From positions 5,424-69,423 of the forward strand of contig JACMOZ010000268.1 of assembly GCA_014377785.1 (NCBI GenBank): a stretch of 64,000 nt of DNA. Reading direction: 5' to 3'. This stretch comes from Aeromicrobium sp. (GTDB lineage Bacteria > Actinomycetota > Actinomycetes > Propionibacteriales > Nocardioidaceae). The translations under genes and the position numbers were made by a program. The notes under the pieces were generated by a model. It was not told the DNA's origin. It did no database searches and worked only from the letters and a program-made list of their open reading frames with translations. Positions 10,295-20,161 of the stretch are shown here, one piece after another (the stretch's first letter is position 1; each line of letters starts with the position of its first letter).

Positions 10295-12250
10295 CTAGGC
10301 CCTCGTACGGAGCCAGGGAATCACGCCGCCGGCAAGCACCATCTCGACTTGTCGTTCCGAGAGGCTGTGCCGCGCCGCATACTCCTCGTTGCGGGTCACA
10401 TTGCGAACGCGTACATCGGGCCCTTGGGCGATCGATTCGCGCAGGCCCTCGAAGCGGAGTACATCGCCGCGGCTGATCTTCAGTCGGTCCTCCGGGTCCG
10501 CGAACTCCAGCGCGAGAACGCCGAAGTTGGTGAGATTCTGCCAATGGATCCGGGCATACGACCCGGCCAATACAACCTGCAGTCCGAGGTAACGCGGCGT
10601 AATGGCGGCGTGTTCGCGCGACGAGCCCTGGCCATAGTTGGTGCCTCCGACGATGATGTGCCCGGTAGTGTCCTTGCTCGCGAAGGCGCGCTTCGCATAG
10701 TCCTCGTCGACTTGGTAATACGTGAACTCCGCCAGTTTGGGGATGTTGCTGCGGAACGGTAAGACGCGTGCCCCGGCGGGAAGGATTTCGTCGGTCGAGA
10801 CGTTGTCGCCGACCGCGAGTTCCACCGGTGCCTCGATCACGTCCAACAACGGCGCAAAATCGGGAAGGGACGAGATGTTCGGTCCCTTGACCAGTTCGAC
10901 TGGTGCAGCCTCGTCCGCCCGAAGAGGCGCTTCCAGCATTGACGTGTTGACGCTCGACTCAGCCGGCTCCTGGAACCTCGGATAGTCGATGCCGAGCAAT
11001 ACGGGGAGGTCCCGTGGGTCGGTGATCACTCCGGTGAGCGCGGCCGCCGTCGCGGTCTCGGGCGAGCACAAATAGACCGAGTCCTCTTTGGTGCCGGAGC
11101 GTCCCGGGAAGTTTCGCGGCATGGTGCGCAGGCTGTTGCGGCCGGTCCCCGGCGCCTGACCCATACCGATGCAACCCATACATCCCGATTGGTGCAACCG
11201 TGCACCAGCGGCGATCAGGTCGAACGTGGCGCCGATTTTCGTCAGGTCTTGCAATATCTGCCGGGACGTCGGGTTGATGTCGAAGGAGACGCGATCGTGG
11301 GTCTGCTTGCCTTTCACGATGCCGGCGGCGATGGCGAAGTCGCGCAGCCCCGGATTAGCCGAAGAACCGATCACCACCTGGTGGACTTCCCGGCCGGCAA
11401 CTTCGCGGACCGTCACAACGTTGCCCGGCGAACTCGGCAAGGCGATCAGCGGCTCGAGGGTCGACAGGTCGATCTCCTCCTTGACGTCATACGTCGCGTC
11501 CTCGTCGGCCAGCAGCTCGGTGAAGTCGTCTTCGCGCTGCTCGGCGCGCAAGAACGTACGGACTTGCTCGTCAGCCGGAAACACAGTCGTGGTGGCACCG
11601 AGTTCGGCGCCCATGTTGGCGATCACATGGCGGTCCATCGCGGTCAGGTTGGCCAGGCCCGGTCCGTAATACTCGATGATGCGGTTCACGCCGCCCTGGA
11701 CGCCGTGGCGACGGAGCATTTCGAGGATGACGTCCTTGGCGCTGACCCAGTCGGGGAGCTCACCGGTGAGACGCACGCCCCAGATCTGCGGCATCCGGAT
11801 GAAAATCGGCTCACCGGCGATCGCGCGGGCGACCTCGATGCCGCCGAGACCGATGGCGAGCATTCCGAGGGATCCTGCCGCCGGGGTATGGCTGTCGGAG
11901 CCGACCATCGTGGCACCGGGTTTGCCGAACCTCTGCATGTGTGTCGGATGGGACACGCCGTTGCCCGGTTTGGAATACCAGAGGCCGAATCGCTGGGCGG
12001 CCGAACGCAGAAAGTCGTGATCATCGGCGTTCTTGTTGTCGGCCTGAAGCAGGTTGTGATCGACGTATTGCACCGAAACGTCGGTGCGCGCCCGGTCAAG
12101 GCCAAGCGCCTCCAACTCGAGCATCACCATCGTCCCGGTGGCGTCCTGGGTGAGTGTCTGATCGATCCGGATAGAGATCTCCTCGCCCGGCGTCATCACT
12201 CCCGATTCAAGGTGGGACTGGATCAGCTTTTGAGCGACATTGAGCGACAT
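10295..12250 (-). CDS. Aconitase-family hydratase (short ~650-aa 'putative aconitate hydratase' type)
   Basis: The N-terminus is MSLNVAQKLIQSHL...RIDQTLTQDATGTMV. It has aconitase Fe-S domain motifs (GSDSHT, CMGCIG) and a swivel domain (GGTNYGQGSSREHAA). The start is set at ATG 12250, preceded by GGAGG. The track ORF extends to 12700 without support. Confidence 0.85.
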   Translation of the reverse strand: MSLNVAQKLIQSHLESGVMTPGEEISIRIDQTLTQDATGTMVMLELEALGLDRARTDVSVQYVDHNLLQADNKNADDHDFLRSAAQRFGLWYSKPGNGVSHPTHMQRFGKPGATMVGSDSHTPAAGSLGMLAIGLGGIEVARAIAGEPIFIRMPQIWGVRLTGELPDWVSAKDVILEMLRRHGVQGGVNRIIEYYGPGLANLTAMDRHVIANMGAELGATTTVFPADEQVRTFLRAEQREDDFTELLADEDATYDVKEEIDLSTLEPLIALPSSPGNVVTVREVAGREVHQVVIGSSANPGLRDFAIAAGIVKGKQTHDRVSFDINPTSRQILQDLTKIGATFDLIAAGARLHQSGCMGCIGMGQAPGTGRNSLRTMPRNFPGRSGTKEDSVYLCSPETATAAALTGVITDPRDLPVLLGIDYPRFQEPAESSVNTSMLEAPLRADEAAPVELVKGPNISSLPDFAPLLDVIEAPVELAVGDNVSTDEILPAGARVLPFRSNIPKLAEFTYYQVDEDYAKRAFASKDTTGHIIVGGTNYGQGSSREHAAITPRYLGLQVVLAGSYARIHWQNLTNFGVLALEFADPEDRLKISRGDVLRFEGLRESIAQGPDVRVRNVTRNEEYAARHSLSERQVEMVLAGGVIPWLRTRA

Positions 12251-12343
12251 GGTGACCTCCGTTTCCGACCTTATCCCCGACGGTGAAAGGCGGCCACTTT
12301 GTCGCCCACGGATCAGGTCCCGGGGAAACGTTATGCTCCGACG

Positions 12344-12823
12344 ATGGGGGCACTGGGGAACTTGCTGAGTCGAGTATGCGCAGGGACCGCTGTTGTCTTC
12401 GCGGTCGCCGCTTGTGGGACCACCGGCGAAAATGTCGCATCGGATCGCGCTGACAAGATCGCCGATGAACTTTCGGCCGAATTTTCGTCGCCAATCGCGC
12501 CGACCATCGAGGCCGCATGGCTGATCACAAACGGCATACCGCGCGTTGCTTCCGGGCCGATAGCAGAGGAAAAAAGCGCGGTCGAAACGCTCAGCGCCCG
12601 CGGACGCACCACCGACAAGAACGGTGCGCAGATCGAGGTTCGCATTCACGTCGATGTGCCCGACCACTCCGGGGGAAGTTTCGGCGACTCGACTTACCAA
12701 GCGGGTCAGTCAACCAAGTGTTATCACTTCACGGTGAAGTACTCCCAGGTGTCACAGCAAGGCATCTCCTGCCCGAAGGGGCCGGTCCCGGCGTTTGTGA
12801 AACCGACCCTGATGCCCCGTTAG
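12344..12823 (+). CDS. Hypothetical lipoprotein
   Basis: ATG 12344 gives a signal peptide with lipobox FAVAA-C. No family was recognised. Its stop overlaps the convergent DUF349 stop. Confidence 0.55.
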   Translation: MGALGNLLSRVCAGTAVVFAVAACGTTGENVASDRADKIADELSAEFSSPIAPTIEAAWLITNGIPRVASGPIAEEKSAVETLSARGRTTDKNGAQIEVRIHVDVPDHSGGSFGDSTYQAGQSTKCYHFTVKYSQVSQQGISCPKGPVPAFVKPTLMPR

Positions 12824-14055
12824 GAGAAGTCGGCGAGCGCCTTCTGGGCCTGTTCGAGCCACAACTGGCGGGCCGCGATGGACTCCTGCAGGTCCTTCGC
12901 CTTCTTCGCGTTTCCGGCGTCTTCGGCCTTCTTCAGGTCGGTGTTGAGATCGTCGATGGCCTTCTGCAACTTGGCAACAGTCTCGTCGGCGCGGGCGGTC
13001 AACTCCGGGTTGCTCTTCGTCCAGAGGTCGTCGCCGGCCGATCGGATGGCGGTTTCGACCTTACGGATGCGGCCCTCGAACTCCTTGACCTTGTCGCGCG
13101 GAACCTTGCCTGCGGCTTCCCAGCGGTCGGAAATGTCATGCCAGGCTTTGCGGGTGTTCTCGACATTCTTGATCGGTAGCAGGGCTTCAGCCTCCGCGAG
13201 GATGAGAAGTTTCTGCTCGGCATTGACTTCGTACTCGGCATCGAGCTGAGCGTTGGTGGCGTCGCGCGCCTCGAAGAACCTGTCCTGAGCACCTCGGAAC
13301 TTCTTCCACAATTTGTCGTCGACGCCGCGCGGCGCCGAGCCGGCCTTCTTCCAACGCGCCATGAGATCGCGGTATTTGCCAGCGGTGATGCCCCACTCGG
13401 TCGAGCTGGACAAAGCCTCAGCCTCGACAATGAGTTCTTCCTTGGCACCCTGAGCGGCGTCGCGAAGAGTGGACTGCTCACCGAAGTGGGTCTTGCGGCG
13501 GCGCGTGTAGGTCGTGCGGGCGGAGGAGAACCGGTGCCACAAGGCGTCATCGGTCTTCTTGTCGATGCGGGGGAGCGCCTTCCACTCGTCGAGCAGTTCG
13601 CGCAAACGGTCGGCACCGGCGCGCCAATCGTTGCTCGTGGCGAGCGCCTCGGCAAGGCCGGCGATACGGGACTTTTCGACAACGGACTCTTCTGCCTTGG
13701 CGGCGCGGGCGGCTTTGCGTTCGGCCCGCTGCTTTTCGATTGCCGGCGTCAGCGCGTCGAGCCGCTTGGCCAGCGCCTCGAGATCACCCACGGCCTGCGC
13801 ATCGGTGAGAAGGGCCCGCACCTTGGCTACGGTCTTCACCGCGTCGTCGGGGGAAAGAGTGCCGCTTTCGAGTCGCTTTTCGAGCAGCGAAACCTCGACC
13901 TCGAGTCCTTCGTAGCGACGAACATACAAGGACATCGCCTCGGCGGGATCGCCGCCGACCCACTGTCCGATGAGGCGTTCGCCATCAGCAGTGCGGACAT
14001 AGACGTTGCCTTCGTCGTCGACACGACCCCAAGGGTTGTCAGCAGCAGAGCTCAT
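12820..14055 (-). CDS. DUF349 domain-containing protein
   Basis: N-terminus is DNPWGRVDDEGNVYVRTADGERLIGQW, followed by repeated helical W-x-F/W-K-K-F-R units typical of actinobacterial DUF349 proteins. Confidence 0.85.
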   Translation of the reverse strand: MSSAADNPWGRVDDEGNVYVRTADGERLIGQWVGGDPAEAMSLYVRRYEGLEVEVSLLEKRLESGTLSPDDAVKTVAKVRALLTDAQAVGDLEALAKRLDALTPAIEKQRAERKAARAAKAEESVVEKSRIAGLAEALATSNDWRAGADRLRELLDEWKALPRIDKKTDDALWHRFSSARTTYTRRRKTHFGEQSTLRDAAQGAKEELIVEAEALSSSTEWGITAGKYRDLMARWKKAGSAPRGVDDKLWKKFRGAQDRFFEARDATNAQLDAEYEVNAEQKLLILAEAEALLPIKNVENTRKAWHDISDRWEAAGKVPRDKVKEFEGRIRKVETAIRSAGDDLWTKSNPELTARADETVAKLQKAIDDLNTDLKKAEDAGNAKKAKDLQESIAARQLWLEQAQKALADFS

Positions 14056-14117
14056 GGCGACAGTCTATGAGCATGCGCGTTCGCTGTTACCTACGCGTCT
14101 CGCGTAACCTGTGCGTC

Positions 14118-14816
14118 GTGCTTCTCGCGTCTTTTCCTGCAGGTCCGCTGCAGGCCAATTGCTATTTCGTTTCCCGGGGTCCGGGGGCCGGCTGTGTCAT
14201 CATCGACCCGGGCATGGACTCACTCGACGGCATCGAAAAGGTCATCAAGGAACACAATCTGTTGCCTGTCGCGGTGCTCATCACCCACGGACACTTCGAC
14301 CACATGTGGTGTGCCGGCGACGTCGCCAGGCGCTATGACATTCCCGTATGGATCCATCCGAACGACCGCCACCTGCTCGCCGACCCGATGGCGGCGATCT
14401 CGAATGAGTCGTCGACCATGCTCCGCCAACAACTGGGCATCACCGAAGTTCCCGACTTCAGCGAGCCAGCCGACGTCCGTGATGCCGTCGACGGCGCCAA
14501 GATCGAGGTCGACGGTTTGACGTTCACCGTCGATCACGTGCCGGGACACACGCCCGGCACCGTTGTCTACCGCGTCGATTATGACGGCCCCGAAGACGTC
14601 TCCCAACTCATGTTTTCCGGCGACTTCCTGTTCGCCGGCTCGATCGGCCGCACCGACCTGAACGGCGGTTCGCACCCCGAAATGTGTGCCAGCCTTGCGT
14701 CCCAGGTTCTGCCGCTCGACGACGACATCATTGTGCTGCCCGGACACGGCCCGCAGACGTCGATCGGCCGCGAGCGTGCGACCAACCCCTTCCTGCAGGA
14801 GCCGATCGGTGGCTAA
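14118..14816 (+). CDS. MBL-fold metallo-hydrolase (glyoxalase II-like)
   Basis: HGHFDH metal motif with downstream HTPG and D/H ligands. The start is set at GTG 14118 (VLLASFPAGPLQANCY), which is the usual N-terminus for this family. ATG 14067 is an alternative. Confidence 0.85.
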   Translation: MLLASFPAGPLQANCYFVSRGPGAGCVIIDPGMDSLDGIEKVIKEHNLLPVAVLITHGHFDHMWCAGDVARRYDIPVWIHPNDRHLLADPMAAISNESSTMLRQQLGITEVPDFSEPADVRDAVDGAKIEVDGLTFTVDHVPGHTPGTVVYRVDYDGPEDVSQLMFSGDFLFAGSIGRTDLNGGSHPEMCASLASQVLPLDDDIIVLPGHGPQTSIGRERATNPFLQEPIGG

Positions 14817-16131
14817 GCTCAGCGGTTTTCCCGAATTTCTCCCGGCCGGCCGCAATGCCGAACTGATACTCCTCGATCACTTGCGCCGCGTCTTCGAGTT
14901 GTACGGTTTCGCCTCGATCGAGACGCGGGCGGCCGAACCCCTCGATGAGTTGTTGCGCAAGGGCGAGATCGACAAAGAGGTCTATGTGCTCAGGCGACTG
15001 CAGGCCGATGCGGGCGCGAGTGATTCCGGAATGGGCTTGCACTACGACCTGACGGTCCCGTTCGCCCGCTACGTGCTGGAGAACGCCGGCAAGCTCGAAT
15101 TCCCGTTCCGCCGCTACCAGATCCAAAAGGTTTGGCGTGGCGAACGACCGCAAGAGGGTCGCTTCCGCGAGTTCACCCAGGCCGATATCGACATCGTCGC
15201 CAAGGATGAACTCCCGTTCCATTTCGACGTCGAAGTTGCCCGTGTCATGGCCGAAGCACTTTCAGGGCTTCCCGTCCCGGCATTGCGTATGCAGGTTAAC
15301 AACCGCAAACTCCTCGAGGGCTTCTATCTCGGTCTCGGCATCGCAGAAACGGCCTCGGTCATGCGGATCGTCGACAAACTGGACAAATTGCCCGGCGACA
15401 AAGTCGTCGAACTCCTCCAGAGCGATGCCGGGCTGGACCTCGAACAGGCACAAAAGTGCCTCGCGTTGGCCGAAGTTTCGGCACCGGACGCGTCATTCGT
15501 CGATCGGGTGCGTGCCCTCGGCGTGAGTCACGAACTCCTCGACACGGGCCTTGCCGAACTGGCCGAGGTCGTCGAAGCCGCCTCAGGCATCGACGGCGTC
15601 GAGATCGTCGCCGACCTGCGCATCGCCCGCGGCCTCGACTATTACACCGGCACGGTTTTCGAAACCCAGATGGCCGGCTACGAACACCTCGGTTCGGTCT
15701 GTTCGGGCGGCCGCTACGACCAGCTGGCCAGCGATGGCAAGAACACGTATCCCGGTGTGGGCATCTCGCTGGGCGTCTCCCGCATTCTCGTCCCGCTCAT
15801 CAACAAAGGCTTCGAAGCCGACCGCAGCGTGCCTTCGGCCGTACTGGTTGCCCTCATCGACGAAGAGACCCGTGCCGACAGCAACGCCGTCGCTCAGCAG
15901 TTGCGCGCGCGCGGCATACCGACCGAAGTCGCAGCGACGGCACAGAAGTTCGGCAAGCAGATTCGCTACGCCGAACGCCGGGGCATACCGTATGTATGGT
16001 TCCCGGCCACGGCCGAAACTCCCAACCAGGTCAAAGACATCCGCAGCGGTGACCAAGCCGATGCGCGGCCCGAAGACTGGGCCCCGCCGGCCGAAGACCT
16101 CCACCCCCGAATCAAGGAGCAGCACCAGTGA
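14809..16131 (+). CDS. hisS: Histidine--tRNA ligase
   Basis: Class II aaRS motifs and HisRS signature ([23 protein letters not shown]; GGRYD). GTG 14809 overlaps the upstream stop by 8 nt. Confidence 0.94.
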   Translation: MAKLSGFPEFLPAGRNAELILLDHLRRVFELYGFASIETRAAEPLDELLRKGEIDKEVYVLRRLQADAGASDSGMGLHYDLTVPFARYVLENAGKLEFPFRRYQIQKVWRGERPQEGRFREFTQADIDIVAKDELPFHFDVEVARVMAEALSGLPVPALRMQVNNRKLLEGFYLGLGIAETASVMRIVDKLDKLPGDKVVELLQSDAGLDLEQAQKCLALAEVSAPDASFVDRVRALGVSHELLDTGLAELAEVVEAASGIDGVEIVADLRIARGLDYYTGTVFETQMAGYEHLGSVCSGGRYDQLASDGKNTYPGVGISLGVSRILVPLINKGFEADRSVPSAVLVALIDEETRADSNAVAQQLRARGIPTEVAATAQKFGKQIRYAERRGIPYVWFPATAETPNQVKDIRSGDQADARPEDWAPPAEDLHPRIKEQHQ

Positions 16132-17903
16132 TCCGCAGCCACGACGCCGGAAACCTTCGCGCGAGCGACATCGGCCAGCAGGTCACCCTCGCCGGATGGG
16201 TTGCGCGTCGACGCGATCACGGCGGAGTTGCGTTCATCGACCTCCGGGACGGCAGCGGCGTCTCGCAGGTGGTTATTCGTGAAGAAGAAGTCGCCCGGCC
16301 GTTGCGCAACGAGTTCTGCGTCAAGGTCATCGGCACCGTCGAGGCGCGCCCCGAAGGCAACGCCAACGCCAACTTGCCGAGCGGCGACATCGAAGTCATC
16401 GCCGACGTCGTGGAGATCCTCAGCGAAGCGGCCCCGTTGCCGTTCCCGATCGAGGAGTTCCACACCAGCACGATCAGCGAAGAAGTGCGGCTGCGCTACC
16501 GCTACCTCGACCTGCGCCGTGAAAATATGGCCAAGAACCTGCGGACCCGAGCCGACGTCACGCGCATAATCCGAGAAGAGCTGACGGCTGCAGACTTCCT
16601 CGACATCGAGACGCCCTACCTGACCGCGTCGACGCCCGAGGGCGCCCGCGACTTCCTCGTGCCAGCGCGTCTGCACCCGGGCAGTTGGTACGCCCTCCCG
16701 CAGTCGCCGCAACTCTTCAAGCAATTGCTGATGGTAGCCGGCATGGAGCGTTATTACCAGATCGCGCGCTGTTTCCGCGACGAGGATTCACGCGCCGACC
16801 GGCAGCCAGAATTCACTCAACTCGACATCGAGATGAGCTTCCTGGAAGAGGAAGACATCTATGCGCTGACCGAAAAACTGCTCGTCCACATCTGGAAGGA
16901 CATCGTCGGTTACGAGATCCCGACTCCCATCCCACGGATGACGTTCGAGGAGGCCGTACGCCGGTTCGGCATCGACCGCCCCGACATGCGCTTCGCGTGT
17001 GAACTGATCGATTTCACCGATTACTTCAAGGACACGCTGTTCCGCGTCTTCGCACCAAAGGGCCGCGACTGGCACGTCGACGCAGTCGTTATGCCCGGCG
17101 GTGCCTCGCAACCGCGCCGCACGCTTGACGGCTGGCAGGAATTCGCCAAGGCCCGTGGCGCCCGGGGACTCGCTTACGTGCTCGTGCAAGAAGACGGAGC
17201 GCTTGGCGGACCCGTCGCCAAGAACCTGTCGGAGGCCGAACGTGACGGACTTGTCGCGCACTCCGGTGCCGCTGTCGGTGACGCCATCTTTTTCGGCGCC
17301 GGCGAATACAACGACGTCAAGAACCTTCTGGCCGCCGTGCGCGACGAGATCGGCGAACGTTGCGATCTGATCGACCAGGACCGCTGGGAATTCCTCTGGG
17401 TCACCGATGCGCCGATGTTCGAACGCATCGAGGGCGAAAACGGGGAGGACGCCTGGACCTCCATTCACCACCCCTTCACCGCTCCGGCACCAGAGTTTGC
17501 CGACAGCTTCCATACCGATCCCGCTTCGGCATTGAGCCAGGCCTACGACATCACTCTCAACGGCAACGAACTCGGTGGCGGTTCAATTCGTATTCACCGC
17601 TCCGAGATGCAGGAACGGGTTTTCAAGACCCTCGGCTTGACCGAGGAACAGACGCAGGGTCAGTTCGGTTTCCTCCTCGAGGCCTTCAAGTTCGGTCCGC
17701 CACCGCATGGCGGAATCGCGCTCGGCATCGACCGGGTGCTGGCGCTGCTCACCGGCGCCGATTCGATCCGTGACGTCATGGCGTTTCCCAAGACTGCCTC
17801 GGGGGCCGACCCGCTGACCGGTGCGCCGACGCCGATCACCGCGGCCCAACGCAAAGAAACCGGCGTCGACGCGGTGCTCAAGAAACACGTGCCCGAAGCT
17901 TAG
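16128..17903 (+). CDS. aspS: Aspartate--tRNA ligase
   Basis: 591 aa with an OB anticodon domain and a class IIb core ([18 protein letters not shown]; GGGSIRIH). GTGA overlap with hisS. Confidence 0.96.
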   Translation: MIRSHDAGNLRASDIGQQVTLAGWVARRRDHGGVAFIDLRDGSGVSQVVIREEEVARPLRNEFCVKVIGTVEARPEGNANANLPSGDIEVIADVVEILSEAAPLPFPIEEFHTSTISEEVRLRYRYLDLRRENMAKNLRTRADVTRIIREELTAADFLDIETPYLTASTPEGARDFLVPARLHPGSWYALPQSPQLFKQLLMVAGMERYYQIARCFRDEDSRADRQPEFTQLDIEMSFLEEEDIYALTEKLLVHIWKDIVGYEIPTPIPRMTFEEAVRRFGIDRPDMRFACELIDFTDYFKDTLFRVFAPKGRDWHVDAVVMPGGASQPRRTLDGWQEFAKARGARGLAYVLVQEDGALGGPVAKNLSEAERDGLVAHSGAAVGDAIFFGAGEYNDVKNLLAAVRDEIGERCDLIDQDRWEFLWVTDAPMFERIEGENGEDAWTSIHHPFTAPAPEFADSFHTDPASALSQAYDITLNGNELGGGSIRIHRSEMQERVFKTLGLTEEQTQGQFGFLLEAFKFGPPPHGGIALGIDRVLALLTGADSIRDVMAFPKTASGADPLTGAPTPITAAQRKETGVDAVLKKHVPEA

Positions 17904-17904
17904 G

Positions 17905-17983
17905 CACCGAGATTTGGCGGACAAAGCACCGTATTCAGCGAGAAACCGATGATCCGAGGTGCTACAGCGGCCAAATCTTGGTG
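17905..17983. repeat. Intergenic palindromic element, type 1 (26-nt imperfect arms, 27-nt spacer)
   Basis: The left arm CACCGAGATTTGGCGGACAAAGCACC (17905-17930) pairs with the right arm GGTGCTACAGCGGCCAAATCTTGGTG (17958-17983), with 20 of 26 positions complementary. The right arm shares the 17-mer CAGCGGCCAAATCTTGG with the element at 54090..54174. Confidence 0.7.
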
Positions 17984-18009
17984 ACAGTGGGGACAGTTAG
18001 GGTGGGGGC

Positions 18010-19386
18010 GTGAGTTCTGACGGACTGTTCAACCTCCCTGACACGCCTGAGCTTGCGCCGATCGTGTCCGGCAGCGGCAGCCTGAGCGGCTCCGATCACG
18101 CTTCCGCACCATTGGCGGTCCGTATGCGGCCGAAGACGCTGGACGAACTTATAGGCCAGGAGCATCTCCTCGCCCCCGGCTCGCCGCTGCGCCAGGTCAT
18201 TGACGGCGACCAACCGTTGACGATCCTCTTGTGGGGGCCTCCTGGCACCGGCAAGACGACTATCGCTTCGCTCATCAGCGGCCATACCAACCGGCGCTTC
18301 GTCGAAGTCTCAGCAGTGTCCGCCGGCGTCAAGGAAGTTCGCGAAGTCATCGCCGGCGCCCGAAGGGCATTGGCCGCCAGCGGCACCGAAACCGTGTTGT
18401 TCGTCGACGAAGTTCACCGTTTCAGCAAGGCTCAGCAGGATGCACTTCTGCCTGGCGTCGAAAACCGTTGGGTGTCGCTCGTGGCGGCGACCACCGAAAA
18501 CCCGCACTTCAGCGTCATCTCACCGCTCCTTTCACGGTCGCTGCTACTGACCCTCGAATCCCTCGAAGACGAAGACATCGCCACACTGATCGACCGGGCC
18601 GTCGCCGACGAACGGGGCCTCGACGGTGCGATCACCCTGACCGATGAGGCCCGCGACCACTTGACCAGGCTGGCTGGCGGTGACGGCCGCCGCGCGTTGA
18701 CCTACCTCGAAGCGGCCGCCGGGGCCGCCAAAGCTCAGAACAAGACCGAGGTCGACGTCGGTGATGCCGCCCTCGCCGTCGACAAGGCCGCCGTCCGCTA
18801 CGACCGCCAAGGCGATCAGCACTACGACGTGATCAGCGCCTTCATCAAGTCGATGAGGGGTTCGGACGTTGATGCGGCTCTGCACTACCTTGCCCGGATG
18901 ATCGAAGCGGGGGAGGACCCGCGCTTTATCGCGCGCCGCCTCATGATCTTGGCCAGCGAAGATATCGGTATGGCCGATCCGACCGCATTGCAAACCGCAG
19001 TGGCCGCCGCCGAAGCCGTCGCGATGATCGGATTCCCCGAAGCCCGCATCACACTGGCGCAGGCCGTCATCACCTTGTCCCTCGCGCCGAAATCCAATGC
19101 CGTCATACGCGCCATCGACGCGGCGATCGCCGATATCCGCGCCGGAAAGGTCGGAGCGGTTCCGCCGGCGCTGCGCGATGCCCACTACGCCGGCGCCAAG
19201 AAACTCGGTCACGGCCACGACTACAAATACGCTCACAGCGATGAGCGTGGAATCGTCAGCCAGCAGTATGCGCCGGACGAGGTAAACGGTGCCAGATACT
19301 ACGAGCCGAGTGAGCACGGGGAAGAAGCGATGCTCAAGAAACGGCTTGCGATCATCCGCAAAATACTTGCCGACGAAAGCGGCTGA
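18010..19386 (+). CDS. rarA: Replication-associated recombination protein A (AAA+ ATPase)
   Basis: Walker [10 protein letters not shown], Walker B FVDEVHRF and a MgsA/RarA C-terminal domain ([16 protein letters not shown]). Confidence 0.94.
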   Translation: MSSDGLFNLPDTPELAPIVSGSGSLSGSDHASAPLAVRMRPKTLDELIGQEHLLAPGSPLRQVIDGDQPLTILLWGPPGTGKTTIASLISGHTNRRFVEVSAVSAGVKEVREVIAGARRALAASGTETVLFVDEVHRFSKAQQDALLPGVENRWVSLVAATTENPHFSVISPLLSRSLLLTLESLEDEDIATLIDRAVADERGLDGAITLTDEARDHLTRLAGGDGRRALTYLEAAAGAAKAQNKTEVDVGDAALAVDKAAVRYDRQGDQHYDVISAFIKSMRGSDVDAALHYLARMIEAGEDPRFIARRLMILASEDIGMADPTALQTAVAAAEAVAMIGFPEARITLAQAVITLSLAPKSNAVIRAIDAAIADIRAGKVGAVPPALRDAHYAGAKKLGHGHDYKYAHSDERGIVSQQYAPDEVNGARYYEPSEHGEEAMLKKRLAIIRKILADESG

Positions 19387-19556
19387 GCGAAAGGCCCGTT
19401 TCTCCTGGACTTTGTCTGGCGACCCAGCCGGCGAAGGATTGACGATGAACCGATCGAAGCCCAACGTCTCGGGGATGAATCATCCCGGAGGCGTGCATAT
19501 AGTGAAAGGCAATCGCACGGAAGTCGTGTTCTTCGCCAAACCCAGATGGTGATCGA

Positions 19557-19600
19557 CAAATCTCTCTCGGCAAATTTCTCTGGGAACAAATCTCTCTGGG
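19557..19600 (+). repeat. 3 x 14-nt tandem direct repeat (CAAATCTCTCTSGG) in the leader of the 19625 gene
   Basis: The units are CAAATCTCTCTCGG (19557-19570), CAAATTTCTCTGGG (19571-19584) and CAAATCTCTCTGGG (19587-19600). They end 24 nt upstream of ATG 19625. Confidence 0.75.
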
Positions 19601-19624
19601 AAGTGGACGGGTAGGCTCCTGACC

Positions 19625-20161
19625 ATGTCCTCCGAGCAACTTCTTCTCGTGATGACGGCTGCCTTGGCCGTGATCGCTCTTGTTGCCGCGTTCATCGCCG
19701 TAAGAGCCGCGCGCCGCGCCGGATCTGCCAACGGTGCGCCGGTTGATGAGAGCCCATCGACGGGGGCACCCCTTGATTTCAAAGCTCCGCTGGCGCTCCG
19801 CACCTCAATCATCGATCCACCGGACCAAGTTGTCGCCATCGTCGAGGGGCGTGTCATCGTCGCGCCGACCCCACGACAAATCGTTGACGCCACGATGAAC
19901 CGGCCGCTGGTCCGGGTCTCTGTGCTCAGCCACGGGCTGGCCCACGCGCTGCGCCCGGAGAGCCGCGACAAGATCATGGGGCTGATGCGCCGCGAATTTC
20001 AGAGCCGTCGTCGGCAGCGAAAACGTGCCGCCAGGCAGGCCGCCCGGATCGAACACCCGACACCAACGCGGTCCATTGACCAGTCGCCTGCAGTCACCGA
20101 GGCCTGGCTGGGCGAACTGCCCGCCCCAACCCACGCTCCGACCGGGCAGGTGGAGTCATGA
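19625..20161 (+). CDS. Hypothetical membrane-anchored protein
   Basis: 178 aa with one N-terminal TM helix (LLLVMTAALAVIALVAAFIAV) and a basic RRRQRKRAARQAAR stretch. ATGA overlap with the next gene. No family recognised. Confidence 0.6.
   Translation: MSSEQLLLVMTAALAVIALVAAFIAVRAARRAGSANGAPVDESPSTGAPLDFKAPLALRTSIIDPPDQVVAIVEGRVIVAPTPRQIVDATMNRPLVRVSVLSHGLAHALRPESRDKIMGLMRREFQSRRRQRKRAARQAARIEHPTPTRSIDQSPAVTEAWLGELPAPTHAPTGQVES

Noticed and set aside
12251-12700. A 150-codon N-terminal extension of the aconitase-family ORF, as given in the ORF track (start 12700).
   Set aside because: The family N-terminus MSLNVAQKLI begins at ATG 12250 and is preceded by GGAGG. The extension has no coding-like sequence and overlaps the divergent lipoprotein gene.
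19445-19552. A 35-codon ORF (MNRSKPNVSGMNHPGGVHIVKGNRTEVVFFAKPRW) in the rarA downstream gap.
   Set aside because: It has no convincing SD, contains rare codons (ATA, AGA, AAA), has no recognisable family, and overlaps the palindrome/TATAGT promoter-like region. It cannot be supported from sequence alone.
19557-19600. The three 14-nt direct repeats as a mini CRISPR array.
   Set aside because: The units are contiguous (0-2 nt apart) with no spacers, are far shorter than CRISPR repeats, and no cas genes are present.
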